The notes: generated by a model not told the origin, from the sequence alone. A stretch of DNA of 64,000 nt from Bacteroidota bacterium (GCA_020832235.1 JAFIEZ010000005.1:87374-151373), one strand, 5' to 3'; counted from the stretch's first letter, positions 10,759-21,110 are shown. A program made the numbers and translations.

Positions 10759-10798
10759 AAAGAGCCACCAGGGGTAACCTGCTGGCTCTTGTTTTTTG
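10759..10798 (+). terminator. Rho-independent terminator closing the PUL-like locus
   Basis: Stem aagagccaccagg / cctgctggctctt (13 bp, one mismatch) with loop 'ggtaa', followed by 'gttttttg'. Confidence 0.7.
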
Positions 10799-10842
10799 TT
10801 ACCCTAAACAGAGTATGTAACTTCACGCGATGAGGTTAACTA

Positions 10843-12360
10843 TTAGGGTGTACCTCCCAGTCGCTCTATACCTTCCAGCCACACCGGCAGAGCAGTCAAG
10901 TCAATATCCCAAAGCCACGGAAGGAGGAATGCTGTCAGCAATACGATCACAATAACGCCAATAATATTAAGCCAAACTCCGGCGCGTGCCATATGAGGAA
11001 TAGTAACAAAGCTGCTCCCGAAAACAACAGCATTGGGAGGGGTTGCAACCGGAAGCATGAATGCAAACGAAGCCGCGATAGTAGCAGCAATCATAAGTCC
11101 GTAAGGATGTACGCTCATTGCAAGAGCCATACTGGCCAGAATTGGCATCATCATGGTAGCGGTGGCGGTATTGGAGGTCACCTCTGTAAGCATGATGGTA
11201 AGTAGTGCAACAGCCAGAATCAAAATCACCAGATTGTACCCCGAAAGGAACATCAGAGATTGTGCTATCCATGCAGCCAGACCGGTTGTACTGAACCCAT
11301 GTGCCAGAGCAAGTCCTCCTCCGAAGAGTACCACAATACCCCAGGGTATTTTTACCGCTGTTTTCCAGTCGAGCAGGAATTCACCCTTGGCATAATTCGT
11401 GGGCAGCATAAACAGCACCAGTGAACCTGTTATGGCGATGGCCGCATCGTTGAAATTGCCAAAATCCACAAATCCCCTGATAATCCACAAGGCTGCAACC
11501 ACGGCAAATACAACCGAAATCATAATCTCTTCTTTGGAGATTTTGCCGAGTTTCTGAATCTCTGCCATAATGAACTCATAGCCGCCGGGCAACTCCTTCA
11601 AACGAAGTGGAAAAGCGAACTTTACCAGATAGATCCAGCAAATGAAAAGCATCACAAATGCCATGGGAACACCGTAATACATCCACAGTGCGTAACTGAT
11701 CTGCTGATCGAAGAGGGTTTCAACGGTTCCAACGAATACAGCATTCGGAGGTGTGCCCAATATGGTCGCTACGCCACCTATTGAGCAGGCATAGGCGATA
11801 CCCAGCATGAGGGCAATGGCAAAATGAAAATTCTCAGGACGGGTATCGATGTCGGTAATATTATTGAGCTTCACGATATCGATAGCCTGTTTGATTACAG
11901 CCAGACCAATCGGCACCATCATCATGGCTGTTGCCGTATTACTAACAAACATGGATAGTATGGCCGACGCAATCATGAAACCCAGAATAATCATGGCCGG
12001 GGAAGTTCCTACCATGCGTATTACATTCAACGCTATTCTTCGGTGAAGATTCCATCTTTCCATAGTAATGGCGATGAAAAACCCCCCGATAAAAAGGTAT
12101 ATAATCTGATTGCCATATTGAGCTGTCACAGCTCCAGTCGGCATTACACCCAGCAAAGGAAATAAACTGATAGGAATAAACGCAACGGCAGCAATAGGCA
12201 GCGCTTCGGTGACCCACCAAACGGCCATCAACACAGCTATTGCGGCAACGCTGTGCGCCTCCGGACTTAGCCCCTCAGGTGTGGGTAGCAAGTAAGTAAT
12301 CAAAAATAGGATAGGACCAAGAAAAAGACCGATGCGAGAGCGGGTGCTGTTTTGTGACAT
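10843..12360 (-). CDS. DASS/SLC13-family anion:sodium symporter
   Basis: 505-aa polytopic protein with the duplicated hallmark 'SNTATA' hairpin motifs ('FVSNTATAMMMVPI', 'VTSNTATATMMMPI') and a 'PPNAVVF' block. Confidence 0.85.
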   Translation of the reverse strand: MSQNSTRSRIGLFLGPILFLITYLLPTPEGLSPEAHSVAAIAVLMAVWWVTEALPIAAVAFIPISLFPLLGVMPTGAVTAQYGNQIIYLFIGGFFIAITMERWNLHRRIALNVIRMVGTSPAMIILGFMIASAILSMFVSNTATAMMMVPIGLAVIKQAIDIVKLNNITDIDTRPENFHFAIALMLGIAYACSIGGVATILGTPPNAVFVGTVETLFDQQISYALWMYYGVPMAFVMLFICWIYLVKFAFPLRLKELPGGYEFIMAEIQKLGKISKEEIMISVVFAVVAALWIIRGFVDFGNFNDAAIAITGSLVLFMLPTNYAKGEFLLDWKTAVKIPWGIVVLFGGGLALAHGFSTTGLAAWIAQSLMFLSGYNLVILILAVALLTIMLTEVTSNTATATMMMPILASMALAMSVHPYGLMIAATIAASFAFMLPVATPPNAVVFGSSFVTIPHMARAGVWLNIIGVIVIVLLTAFLLPWLWDIDLTALPVWLEGIERLGGTP

Positions 12361-12404
12361 AAGACCAGCCTAAATGGTTTAGCGAAGATTCTGAATTTCT
12401 GAGC

Positions 12405-12451
12405 AAAAAAAAAGTCCTTTACAAAGGTTGAAGTACCCTTCTGTAAAGGAC
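12405..12451 (-). terminator. Rho-independent terminator (minus strand) downstream of the M14 peptidase gene
   Basis: Perfect 10-bp stem, gtcctttaca (12414-12423) with tgtaaaggac (12442-12451). It is flanked by A9 on the plus strand (12405-12413), which reads as a U9 tract on the minus strand. Confidence 0.7.
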
Positions 12452-12537
12452 CTAAATTAGCAGAAAACAACACTAAAACAAGTGTTTGTGCTGTAAAAAA
12501 TAACCCTTCGCTGACTCGAGGGATTTCGGAGTGCATC

Positions 12538-12731
12538 CTCCAGTTTCAGCACCTCTCGCATCAGAGAAATAGATGAATCCCGGATGAGATTATGCCTGGT
12601 TTTCCAGCGCTGTTTGTTCCGGCTTGAGCACCTCGCTCGTCGCAGAAGCAGCCAAGCCCCGAGCTTCGGCCGAGCCTAGTTACCCGGCGCTGCCTGCTCG
12701 AGTTTCAATACCTCTCGCATCAGAGAAATAG
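12538..12731. repeat. Degenerate direct copies of the 3' end of the M14 peptidase gene
   Basis: ctcgagtttcaatacctctcgcatcagagaaatag (12697-12731, genuine gene end) recurs as ctccagtttcagcacctctcgcatcagagaaatag (12538-12572). A weaker partial copy lies around 12621-12640. Translated on the minus strand the copies read 'ISLMREVLKLE...' and 'SEVLKPEQTALENQA*'. Confidence 0.7.
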
Positions 12732-13941
12732 CCGAGGCTCTCGCCACATCCCGAACCAATTCACGAGGGGTGTTATCACCCACTTCATACGTCACCCCAT
12801 TGTTATTAAAGGTGTGATATTTCCAGTTCTTGGCAACCGGAGATGCTACCCCAAATGGCTCTTCACGGATTTCATAATCGGGTAGAATGGTATTAATTCC
12901 CTCCAGCCATCGATCGGTCAATCCTGGAATATTGGTAGGAATATCCTTGTTCATGGTATAAAACACATCATGTATGGTGCTATGAAAATCGAGGCCATAC
13001 AAAGCGAAAACTCCCCGCTCTTTATATGTGAGTAAATCATCGGCTACGGCACGTGTTTCAGGCTGATTAAAATCCCGCCAGTCACGGTTCAAGTCAACCC
13101 CGCCGAAATTATGTCGCCAATGTCCGCCATCAACCCCATCCGGATTCAACAAGGGATACGCCACAACCTGGTAACGGGCCCTAAAAGCAACAGCCTCCGG
13201 CTCATCACCGGTGAATGTATTCATAAAGGTCTCAAGCCCCAGTGCACCGGGAACTTCAGGCGGATGCTGCCTTCCGGTAACAATAATCATAGGCGCATCG
13301 GGATTTCCTGTGGCATTCACCACCAATTTGATGATGTCTCTGCCCAGGTGCGACTGACCCACCACGGACTGCTCCACATACGGGAGGGTGGCGATGGAGT
13401 CGGCCCAGGTATACACCCGGTCGCTGGTAAAATGCTCCTGGGCGGAAACAAAGAGCTTTTCAGGACCCACATCCAGTGTCAATGTTGCGGTTCCGGCATC
13501 GCGGTCATGAACGAACTCCGTTGTGTCCAATGCCGTCCAATTGTACCCATCCACGCTGAGCTTGGGAATATATCGGTGAAATCCGTTTTCGTACGCCAGC
13601 TCAACCTGTATGGTCTGCTCCGTTTCGCTCCAAAGCTTAAACGAATACCACGAACTCCAGTTGATGGGAGCATTTTCCGGTCGGATGGTAACGCGATAAA
13701 AATCCCCGTCCACTCGATAAAAATCACTCATTCTGCCGGCCACAAACTCATTACTTGCCCAAACACCGGTTTCGCTCACCCCAATGGTACGCGCATGATT
13801 CTGATGCGGGTCGAGGGGCTGCGTGAGGGTTGTTCTCCCGGGAGGATCGTACGAAATGATGCCGGTGTCGGTCGTTTTACAGGCCTGTAAAACAAACAAG
13901 ATTCCGGCGAATATGAGAAGTCTGTTACATGATTTCGACAT
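12676..13941 (-). CDS. M14-family zinc carboxypeptidase (secreted or lipoprotein)
   Basis: Signal/lipobox 'LLIFAGILFVLQACKT'. HxxE zinc motif in 'TGRQHPPEVPG'. 'NPDG', 'NRDW' and a second His block 'GLDFHS'. Confidence 0.8.
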   Translation of the reverse strand: MSKSCNRLLIFAGILFVLQACKTTDTGIISYDPPGRTTLTQPLDPHQNHARTIGVSETGVWASNEFVAGRMSDFYRVDGDFYRVTIRPENAPINWSSWYSFKLWSETEQTIQVELAYENGFHRYIPKLSVDGYNWTALDTTEFVHDRDAGTATLTLDVGPEKLFVSAQEHFTSDRVYTWADSIATLPYVEQSVVGQSHLGRDIIKLVVNATGNPDAPMIIVTGRQHPPEVPGALGLETFMNTFTGDEPEAVAFRARYQVVAYPLLNPDGVDGGHWRHNFGGVDLNRDWRDFNQPETRAVADDLLTYKERGVFALYGLDFHSTIHDVFYTMNKDIPTNIPGLTDRWLEGINTILPDYEIREEPFGVASPVAKNWKYHTFNNNGVTYEVGDNTPRELVRDVARASAISLMREVLKLEQAAPGN

Positions 13942-14204
13942 TGCTAAACTATATTTATGGTGTTAAAAATGATTATAAAAAGGGAAATGATAAACGTTAA
14001 GGGACATCTGGTTAGGAAAAGAAGTATTTTGCCGACTTATTTAAAGGTGATATGGTTTTCTGGATGGTAACAAATTGAAAATGCGACTTTTTACCCAAAA
14101 ATTCGCCACTTTTATGATATTTTTCATTTGGAAGCCTACATTGTGTACTATTCGTCAGTTATAATCGTAACCTGTACGAAGCATTCATCACATTATAAAC
14201 GCCA

Positions 14205-16340
14205 TTGCACGTTCTATCAACCACTTTACGGAAAGCTTTCATTGCGCGAATCAGGTCATACTATTACGCTTGTGTACCTCACCTGATAGTGCTGTACATC
14301 GATTCTTTGGAAGCCTACTTTCGTGGTGAAAAAGTGAACACTCGCCCACAACGCATCTTTCCAATACACACGGTAAAGGTACGTGAACGGAATAATGAGC
14401 TTCCAGACATCAAAAAACGCGTAGGGCCGATACAGCGATACGCCTCACTTTGTATACTCCTCACAGGTTTTCTGATTGCGTTTCCAGGTGGTGCGCAGGC
14501 TAACAACGATGAAACCCCTCCTCGGGTGTGGAAAGTATCATTTACCGGCAATGAAAGCTACAATGATGTAGTGTTGAGTGAAGTAGTTGCCAACGAATCG
14601 GTCAGTTTTCTCAGAAGGAGGCAATTTTGGCGTAGGAGTGGAGAAATATATTCAGAGACGGAGGTAAGAAGGGACGTTATACGTTTAGAACGCTTCTTTC
14701 AAAGGCGGGGTTTCCCGGATGTACAGGTAACGTACACCGTTGACGAGGGTAGAAAATCATGGAGGCGCCATATTGATTTTCGAATCAATGAAGGTCGTCC
14801 TATACGCGTCAGCTCATTTAGCTACAGCTTCGCCGAGAATACTCAGAATGAACAAGATATTCGTGATTCCCGGGAGTTTACGCGACTGATGGAACGTAAT
14901 CCATTCAATGAGGGACGACGATATCGAATCATTCGTGAAACGGATCTGGAGGGTGATATTGTGAGGATGCTTAAAAACAAGGGCTATGCCTTCGCAAATG
15001 CATCCGTAACCGCCCGTATTGATTCACTGCGATACGAAGCACATGTTGAGCTAAGCATCGATCCCGGGCGCATAACCTACTTCGGTGAGCTTACGATACA
15101 GGGGCAAACGACCGTACGCGACGATCTGATTCGAAAAGAGTCGGGAATAAGTTCCGGTGACAGGTTTAGTCAACGCAGTCTGGGCCGGGCACAACAAGAG
15201 ATATTCTCTCATCATCTTTTCCGATTTGTAACCATATCCATCCCCGATCAGCCGCGCGACAGTCTCGTCGACCTGAACATCCGAGTGCGTGAATATCCAT
15301 TGCGCACCCTACAGGTACGAGGCGGACTCGTAACCGAAGAATACGTTCGTGCTGCCGTTTCCTGGCAACATCGAAACCCCTTCGGCAATGGACACGGTTT
15401 CACCGCAACGGCACGAGGGTCATTCATAGAACAACGCCTGAGTATGGATTACCTCGTCCCCTATGTTTTCAACACCTTTAGCGGATTTATTATATCCCCA
15501 TTTGCTCAACGCATAAACGAGTCGAGTTACCTCCTGTACAGTATCGGAGCTACCAACAGCTTTATATATCAATACAGTCAGGAGCTGGCCGGAACCATAT
15601 CCTACGAGTTTACCTTCAACGAAGAGCTTCAGCGCGACATTACCTTCACTAGCCGCGACAGCTCTCAGTTCTTTAACCAGTCGGTTCTGCGATTCTCCGG
15701 CTTCTACAACGAATCGTCTATTGAGCGTGGTGAAGGCTGGGCGGTTCGACCTTTCTTTGAAATTTCAGGGTTCTTAAACACAGGTACCTATCAGTACAAT
15801 CGAACCTCGCTGGATGTGCGTCGGTTTCTGGATGTAACAGGAACAACCCAGCTGGGTTTGCGGACGAATGGAGGTATTCTTTTCACGGATTCTCTCGATG
15901 AAATCCCCTCAAGTATTCAATATTATCTTGGCGGAAACAGCACGGTACGGGGTTGGAGTCGAAACGACCTCGGACCCAAAAGGGCCTCCTTTGATAGCGA
16001 AGGCGATTTTCGCGGGTACCTGCCCATCGGCGGAAGAGTGAGCCTGCTTTTCAACAGCGAAATTCGTCAACGCGTACCCTTTATTCACCGAAACTTCGGT
16101 GTTACCCTGTTTATGGATGCCGGTCAGGTCTGGCGTACCCGCGATGATGTAGATTTAGCCGATATTCAGTTTGGTACGGGTGCCGGTATCTGGTATCAAT
16201 CGCCCATTGGTCCCGTGCGTTTCGATGTTGGGTATAAGGTTAATCCGACTGATGAAGACCTGAACCGCTACAATGGGGTAGATTATGGCCGACCGCTCGA
16301 CCGATGGGGCTTTCACTTTAGTATCGGACAGTCCTTCTGA
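14205..16340 (+). CDS. tamA: TamA/BamA (Omp85) family outer membrane protein
   Basis: POTRA-like repeats ('VSFTGNESYNDVVL', 'GRITYFGELTIQGQTTVRD') and a bacterial-surface-antigen barrel ending 'LFMDAGQVW...GFHFSIGQSF'. The stop overlaps the tamB start (TGATG). The start codon is uncertain: the track start is TTG, and the signal-like 'ASLCILLTGFLIAFPGGAQA' lies about 80 codons in. Confidence 0.8.
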   Translation: MHVLSTTLRKAFIARIRSYYYACVPHLIVLYIDSLEAYFRGEKVNTRPQRIFPIHTVKVRERNNELPDIKKRVGPIQRYASLCILLTGFLIAFPGGAQANNDETPPRVWKVSFTGNESYNDVVLSEVVANESVSFLRRRQFWRRSGEIYSETEVRRDVIRLERFFQRRGFPDVQVTYTVDEGRKSWRRHIDFRINEGRPIRVSSFSYSFAENTQNEQDIRDSREFTRLMERNPFNEGRRYRIIRETDLEGDIVRMLKNKGYAFANASVTARIDSLRYEAHVELSIDPGRITYFGELTIQGQTTVRDDLIRKESGISSGDRFSQRSLGRAQQEIFSHHLFRFVTISIPDQPRDSLVDLNIRVREYPLRTLQVRGGLVTEEYVRAAVSWQHRNPFGNGHGFTATARGSFIEQRLSMDYLVPYVFNTFSGFIISPFAQRINESSYLLYSIGATNSFIYQYSQELAGTISYEFTFNEELQRDITFTSRDSSQFFNQSVLRFSGFYNESSIERGEGWAVRPFFEISGFLNTGTYQYNRTSLDVRRFLDVTGTTQLGLRTNGGILFTDSLDEIPSSIQYYLGGNSTVRGWSRNDLGPKRASFDSEGDFRGYLPIGGRVSLLFNSEIRQRVPFIHRNFGVTLFMDAGQVWRTRDDVDLADIQFGTGAGIWYQSPIGPVRFDVGYKVNPTDEDLNRYNGVDYGRPLDRWGFHFSIGQSF

Positions 16341-19300
16341 TGAGCGAAACCACCACACATAGTACCCCGAAAAAAAGAAAGATTTGGCCATGGGTAACCA
16401 TCGTGCTCCTCATGTTAACCCTTGGCGGACTTCGTTGGGCATTGCAGTCGGATGTTGTTTTAAATGTTCTACGTGAACAGGCAGAACGTATTGGCAGTGA
16501 GCAGCTTAACGGAACACTTTCTATTGAATCCCTGCGCGGAGATTTACTCGGTGAGCTTACCGTAACCGGGCTGTTGATACAGGATGATATCGGAGAAACG
16601 GTTCTCGAGGCCGATACCCTGTATGCGAGGTATCGCATCTGGTCTTTGGTTCGTGGTCCCTTCGTTGTCAACGAAATATCGGTGAACGGACCAAGGGTTT
16701 ATGCCAGTCAGCCAGCCGAAAACCAGTGGAATATTCTGAATTTACTACCAGAATCAAGCGATACCACCCAAGCAGGAGAGGTTTTTCCAGTGGATATACA
16801 GACTATTCGGGTAACCAACGGTTTCATTAGCGTGTATTCCCCTTATTTGTTGCCTGACAATGAAATATCGGTAGACTCACTGCATGTAAATGCAGCCTTT
16901 TCCATTGAAAAAGACGGATTCAAGGCGAATTTGTCGGCCCTTGACCTGCGCTTAACCGAAGGCCGGCTGCCTAAGCCGCTTGCCATACATCTGGTCGCCA
17001 CGGCCGACGAGAACCGTTTTAATCTGAGTCAGCTCACGGTTGCTACAGGTCGATCGTTGCTGGACGCAACGGCACATTATGCCGAAGATGGAGAAGATCT
17101 GCGCCTCGATGCCGGACTGCGGCCGCTCTCCTGGCGCGATGTGCTGGCCTACACCGAAGAGCCATTTTTCGTTGAGGATCTTACACTGGGCCTGGAGGTG
17201 CGCGGCGGCCTGAGTGATTTGCAGATCGGGGTGGAGGTAGATGCGGCCGGGATTCAGGGTCTGAAGCTGGCCACCAGGCTGTCGCTGGCAGATACCCTTG
17301 TGGTGCGGCGGCTGGAGTTGACGTCGGGGGCGCTGGATGTGGCGCGGGTAACGGGGAACGCTGCGTTACCTCAGTTCTCGAGCCTGCAGTTTCTCCTTGA
17401 GGGTGATGTGCGTCCGGATTACCTGGAGGCTTCCGTTTTTGATGGCAGCTTTGCGCTTGGCGGTATCCGTATGGCGCCGTATAGTCTGGATCGTGTGGAG
17501 GGGCGTTTTGCGCTGGATGAGGGTGCGGTGGAGGCCGACCTTGTGGCCCTGCTGGGGGATGAGCGGATTGGGTTGAAGGGGGAGGCCGGCGGAGTCTTCC
17601 AAGCAATGCCAACCTGGACTTTATCCGCAGAGTCATCTCTCCTTGATGTCGGCATGTGGGCAGCCAACCCCGACCTGAATATCTTTGCTCAGGTAAATCT
17701 CGAAGCCAGCGGCACAGGACTTGAACCTGGTCCCGAGGAGGATTTCAGCCCATGGAATATCAATGCAACGATAACCGAAATGCTCGTCAACCAGCAACGT
17801 GTAGAATCAGTAGGAATGCAAGCTGAAATCACCGCATCAGAAGCCCGATTGTACACATTGTCGCGTTTGGTCAATTCCGAAATACATTTTAATGCAGCGC
17901 TCGAGCACTGGCAGGAACCCGAAAAAATAGCGTACAGCTTCTATCTTGAAACAACCCGGTTCGACCTCCGGGAAATTGTTGGCTTCGAAGACTTTCCAAC
18001 GGCGATCAACCTCATCGCTTTAGGCAAAGGAACGGGCTTTGAACCTGAAACGATGGTCGTAGAATCCTCTCTTGAAATAGATGATTCTGTCGTAAACGGT
18101 GCCGACATCGAACGCTTTCAGGCCAACCTCAACCTACAAGAGGGGTTGCTTATTCTTGATAATACCTTCCTGAAAAGTACGTTTGCCACCGGCGAGCTCG
18201 ACATCCGGCAGCGAATCAACGATGCGTACAGCACCGAAAACCGTGTGGATTTCAATCTTGAAATTGGTCAGTTAAATCCACTCGCACCCCTTGCCGGGCT
18301 CAGCTTTCTGGATGCATCCGGTCAAATTCAGGGCGTTTTATCTACAGGAAGAAACGGAATACCAAACATAGAAACTACACTGCAACTGCGAGACGTCACC
18401 GTTAACGATGTATTCGTGCGCAGAGTTGAAGGTCGTGCCAATGTTCGCCTAAGCGAAGAAATTGACTATGAGCTGGATCTGCGGTTTTCTGATGCAACAT
18501 CCGGGGAATTTAGACTGGAAAACGTACAATTGGCTACACGCGGTAAGCTGATTGAAGACCTCGTTCGGGGGAGCTATCGCATCACCATCAATTTCACGGA
18601 TGATACCCGTTTCGAAACACAAGCCGGTTACACCGTTCATACCAATACCGACAGCCTTTCTGTAATACTCGAAACCGATGTATTTGAACTCCGGGATGCA
18701 TCCTATCGCTACTATCTGAGCCGCTCATTCAGTGTATTTTACCAAAATGAGCTTGTTCGTATGGAGCCTCTTGTACTCGTTGGAGAAGAAGGTGTAGAAC
18801 TTACCGTTGAGTTTGAACAGTATCTCTCCGATGCGTTTCGTGGTCGGTTCGAAGCCAGCGATGTTAATCTGGCTATTTTACAGCGCATATTCCTTGATGA
18901 AGTCATCTTTGACGGTATGATGAACGGATCCATATTCATGGACGCTGACTTGGCGCGAGATTTTTATCAGGTAAATGCTCGTTTTGGTATCAGAGAATTC
19001 GACTTCCAAGGGTTCCGCCTCGACCTGCTGGATGCTGAGCTGTTGCTGGAAGAAGGTCGTATTACATCCAGGCTTAATGCCATCGAAAACGGCGATTCTT
19101 TATTGACTGCCGAATTGAACATCCCCTTTCAACCGGGCGACCCGCTCGAATTCGATGATTCCTTTTTTAGGGAGGAAATTTACGCCAGTATACGTTCGGC
19201 CGAAATGGTGATTGAAGATAATTCCGCCCTGGCCCATCTGCTCGGACTTGAGGGTGTAACAGGAAGAGTAAGCCTGTTGGGTTCAGCCAGTGGCACTGCA

Positions 19301-20833
19301 GGAGAACCGGAGATAGAGTCTGTATTCCGCATGGAAAACGCCAGAATATCCGGAGTTGCGGTGGATTCGCTTACTTTTAATGCGGCATTTATTCATGAAA
19401 CCTCCCGTTTCACCATTAATTCCCGGGTTGTATCGGGTGGTCAGCTTGCGGCACGTCTTCAAGGTTACATCCCGCTGGCTATCGATATGCGAACCTTCGA
19501 TGTGACCTTTCCAGACGAGCAGAATCCGATGGATATCCGCGTGGTCACCAACGATTTTAATATGGCAACGTTTAACCAGTTTACTGACCCCGCTCTTGTC
19601 AGAAACATTGCCGGTCGCATCAATGCCGATTTAAATATTGGCGGAACGTTTGACGATCCCGAGTTGGTGGGAAATCTGCGCCTGTCGAGAGCCAGTCTGT
19701 ACCTGACCGATAACAATGTTACCATACGCGATATAGAGAGCGATGTAACGTTTTCATCCGAATTTATTGAGTTAAACAGCCTTTCTATGGTCAGTTCGGG
19801 TAGCTTGACCGGCTCGGGACGCATTTCTCTGGATGGTTTCATGCCTCAGGAGGTCGACATTAACCTGCGCGCGCGTAATTTCCGGGCTTTCAACACACGC
19901 GACATTCAAGTGATATTTTCGATGGATACTTCAATTCAGGGTGGGTTCGATAATCCGAAATTAACGGGATCAATTCAGCTGGATCGTGGCTACCTGTATC
20001 TGGATAATTTCGGTGAGCGTACTGTAGAAGAGGTAACCCTCGATGAGGAAGAGCCATCGCTGTTTGACGGGATGGAGTTTTATAACAACCTCGAAATGGA
20101 GCTGGTTTTTAGGACAGAGCGAAATTTTTGGGTGCGGAATCGGTCCCGCCCTGAGATTCAACTTCAACTGGCCGGTGAGCTGGATATTGTGAAATACCGC
20201 GATGAAGATGTACAGGTATTCGGAGCAATGCGGGCCAACGACGGGCATGTGACTCAGCTTGGTCGCCGATTTGATCTGGAAGAAGCGGAGGTCATGTTCA
20301 GTGGCCCGCCGGATAATCCTCAGCTGAATGTTCGAACCCTGTATGAGCTGCGCCAGCCTTCTGACATTCGCATCTGGTATACCATTGGCGGGACAGTAGA
20401 TGAACCCACGTTTACGTACGAAAGTGATCCTCAGATGGAGTTAGGTGACATTATCAGCTATACCCTGTTTGGCAGGCCGTTAAACGCCTTGGCAGGATGG
20501 CAGCAATCGGTTGCCGGTCGGTCGGAAGGTGGAATCGGGGATGCGGCTTTTGATATTTTGCTCGATCGTGTGGAGCAACTGGCCTCTCAGGCGCTGGGTA
20601 TTGACGTGCTCACGATTGATAACACCCGAACGGGTGGTCAGTCTGGAACGACGATTAAAGCCGGAAAGTACGTCTCCGATCGTATGTTTGTGGCATTAAT
20701 TCAGGAATTGGGCGCTACAGTAAGCAGTCAGGTGATGCTGGAGTATCAGATTCGCCGAAACCTGGAAATTATCATTACCGGGAGCGACAATAACCGGAAT
20801 GGACTGGAAATTCAGTGGAGACGGGACTATTAA
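16340..20833 (+). CDS. tamB: Translocation and assembly module protein TamB (AsmA-like, C-terminal DUF490)
   Basis: 1497 aa. N-terminal TM anchor 'IWPWVTIVLLMLTLGGLRWAL', a long beta-rich body, and a DUF490-like end 'GKYVSDRMFVALIQELG...LEYQIRRNLEIIITG'. Coupled to the tamA-like gene. Confidence 0.8.
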   Translation: MSETTTHSTPKKRKIWPWVTIVLLMLTLGGLRWALQSDVVLNVLREQAERIGSEQLNGTLSIESLRGDLLGELTVTGLLIQDDIGETVLEADTLYARYRIWSLVRGPFVVNEISVNGPRVYASQPAENQWNILNLLPESSDTTQAGEVFPVDIQTIRVTNGFISVYSPYLLPDNEISVDSLHVNAAFSIEKDGFKANLSALDLRLTEGRLPKPLAIHLVATADENRFNLSQLTVATGRSLLDATAHYAEDGEDLRLDAGLRPLSWRDVLAYTEEPFFVEDLTLGLEVRGGLSDLQIGVEVDAAGIQGLKLATRLSLADTLVVRRLELTSGALDVARVTGNAALPQFSSLQFLLEGDVRPDYLEASVFDGSFALGGIRMAPYSLDRVEGRFALDEGAVEADLVALLGDERIGLKGEAGGVFQAMPTWTLSAESSLLDVGMWAANPDLNIFAQVNLEASGTGLEPGPEEDFSPWNINATITEMLVNQQRVESVGMQAEITASEARLYTLSRLVNSEIHFNAALEHWQEPEKIAYSFYLETTRFDLREIVGFEDFPTAINLIALGKGTGFEPETMVVESSLEIDDSVVNGADIERFQANLNLQEGLLILDNTFLKSTFATGELDIRQRINDAYSTENRVDFNLEIGQLNPLAPLAGLSFLDASGQIQGVLSTGRNGIPNIETTLQLRDVTVNDVFVRRVEGRANVRLSEEIDYELDLRFSDATSGEFRLENVQLATRGKLIEDLVRGSYRITINFTDDTRFETQAGYTVHTNTDSLSVILETDVFELRDASYRYYLSRSFSVFYQNELVRMEPLVLVGEEGVELTVEFEQYLSDAFRGRFEASDVNLAILQRIFLDEVIFDGMMNGSIFMDADLARDFYQVNARFGIREFDFQGFRLDLLDAELLLEEGRITSRLNAIENGDSLLTAELNIPFQPGDPLEFDDSFFREEIYASIRSAEMVIEDNSALAHLLGLEGVTGRVSLLGSASGTAGEPEIESVFRMENARISGVAVDSLTFNAAFIHETSRFTINSRVVSGGQLAARLQGYIPLAIDMRTFDVTFPDEQNPMDIRVVTNDFNMATFNQFTDPALVRNIAGRINADLNIGGTFDDPELVGNLRLSRASLYLTDNNVTIRDIESDVTFSSEFIELNSLSMVSSGSLTGSGRISLDGFMPQEVDINLRARNFRAFNTRDIQVIFSMDTSIQGGFDNPKLTGSIQLDRGYLYLDNFGERTVEEVTLDEEEPSLFDGMEFYNNLEMELVFRTERNFWVRNRSRPEIQLQLAGELDIVKYRDEDVQVFGAMRANDGHVTQLGRRFDLEEAEVMFSGPPDNPQLNVRTLYELRQPSDIRIWYTIGGTVDEPTFTYESDPQMELGDIISYTLFGRPLNALAGWQQSVAGRSEGGIGDAAFDILLDRVEQLASQALGIDVLTIDNTRTGGQSGTTIKAGKYVSDRMFVALIQELGATVSSQVMLEYQIRRNLEIIITGSDNNRNGLEIQWRRDY

Positions 20834-20955
20834 GCGCGGTGTCGGTGTACCACGATGGTGCAGGTGAATGTATTAAATGAGGTATGTGCGCCCAGATAAT
20901 ATGCAGACAAGACTATTAAGCGCAGTTTCGGTGTACACAGCTGCACAGATGAAAC
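20819..20955. repeat. Imperfect direct repeat of the tamB stop region
   Basis: agacgggactattaagcgcggtgtcggtgtaccacgatggtgcagg (from 20819) recurs as agacaagactattaagcgcagtttcggtgtacacagctgcacag (from 20905), 86 bp downstream. Confidence 0.6.
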
Positions 20956-21110
20956 GATTTCGTGAGATTGGCTCGCCCAAATCCTCGTTTTTAATAATTG
21001 GTACCCAACAGTGCGTTTGCTCCTCCCCGATGCCCTAAACGTACGATAGCACAAAGAAGCCGCAATCAACTCGGCGCGATAGCTGCAGTTAAGCCGGATA
21101 TTCCCGTTTC

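Noticed and set aside
13111-13890. 259-aa plus-strand ORF
   Set aside because: It is antisense to the M14 carboxypeptidase gene, whose zinc-ligand motifs support the minus-strand frame.
17181-17636. 151-aa minus-strand ORF rich in Pro/Ala/Gly/His, plus overlapping 78-aa and 82-aa ORFs
   Set aside because: They are antisense to the G-rich patch of tamB. The composition is low-complexity, and there is no start context or motif.
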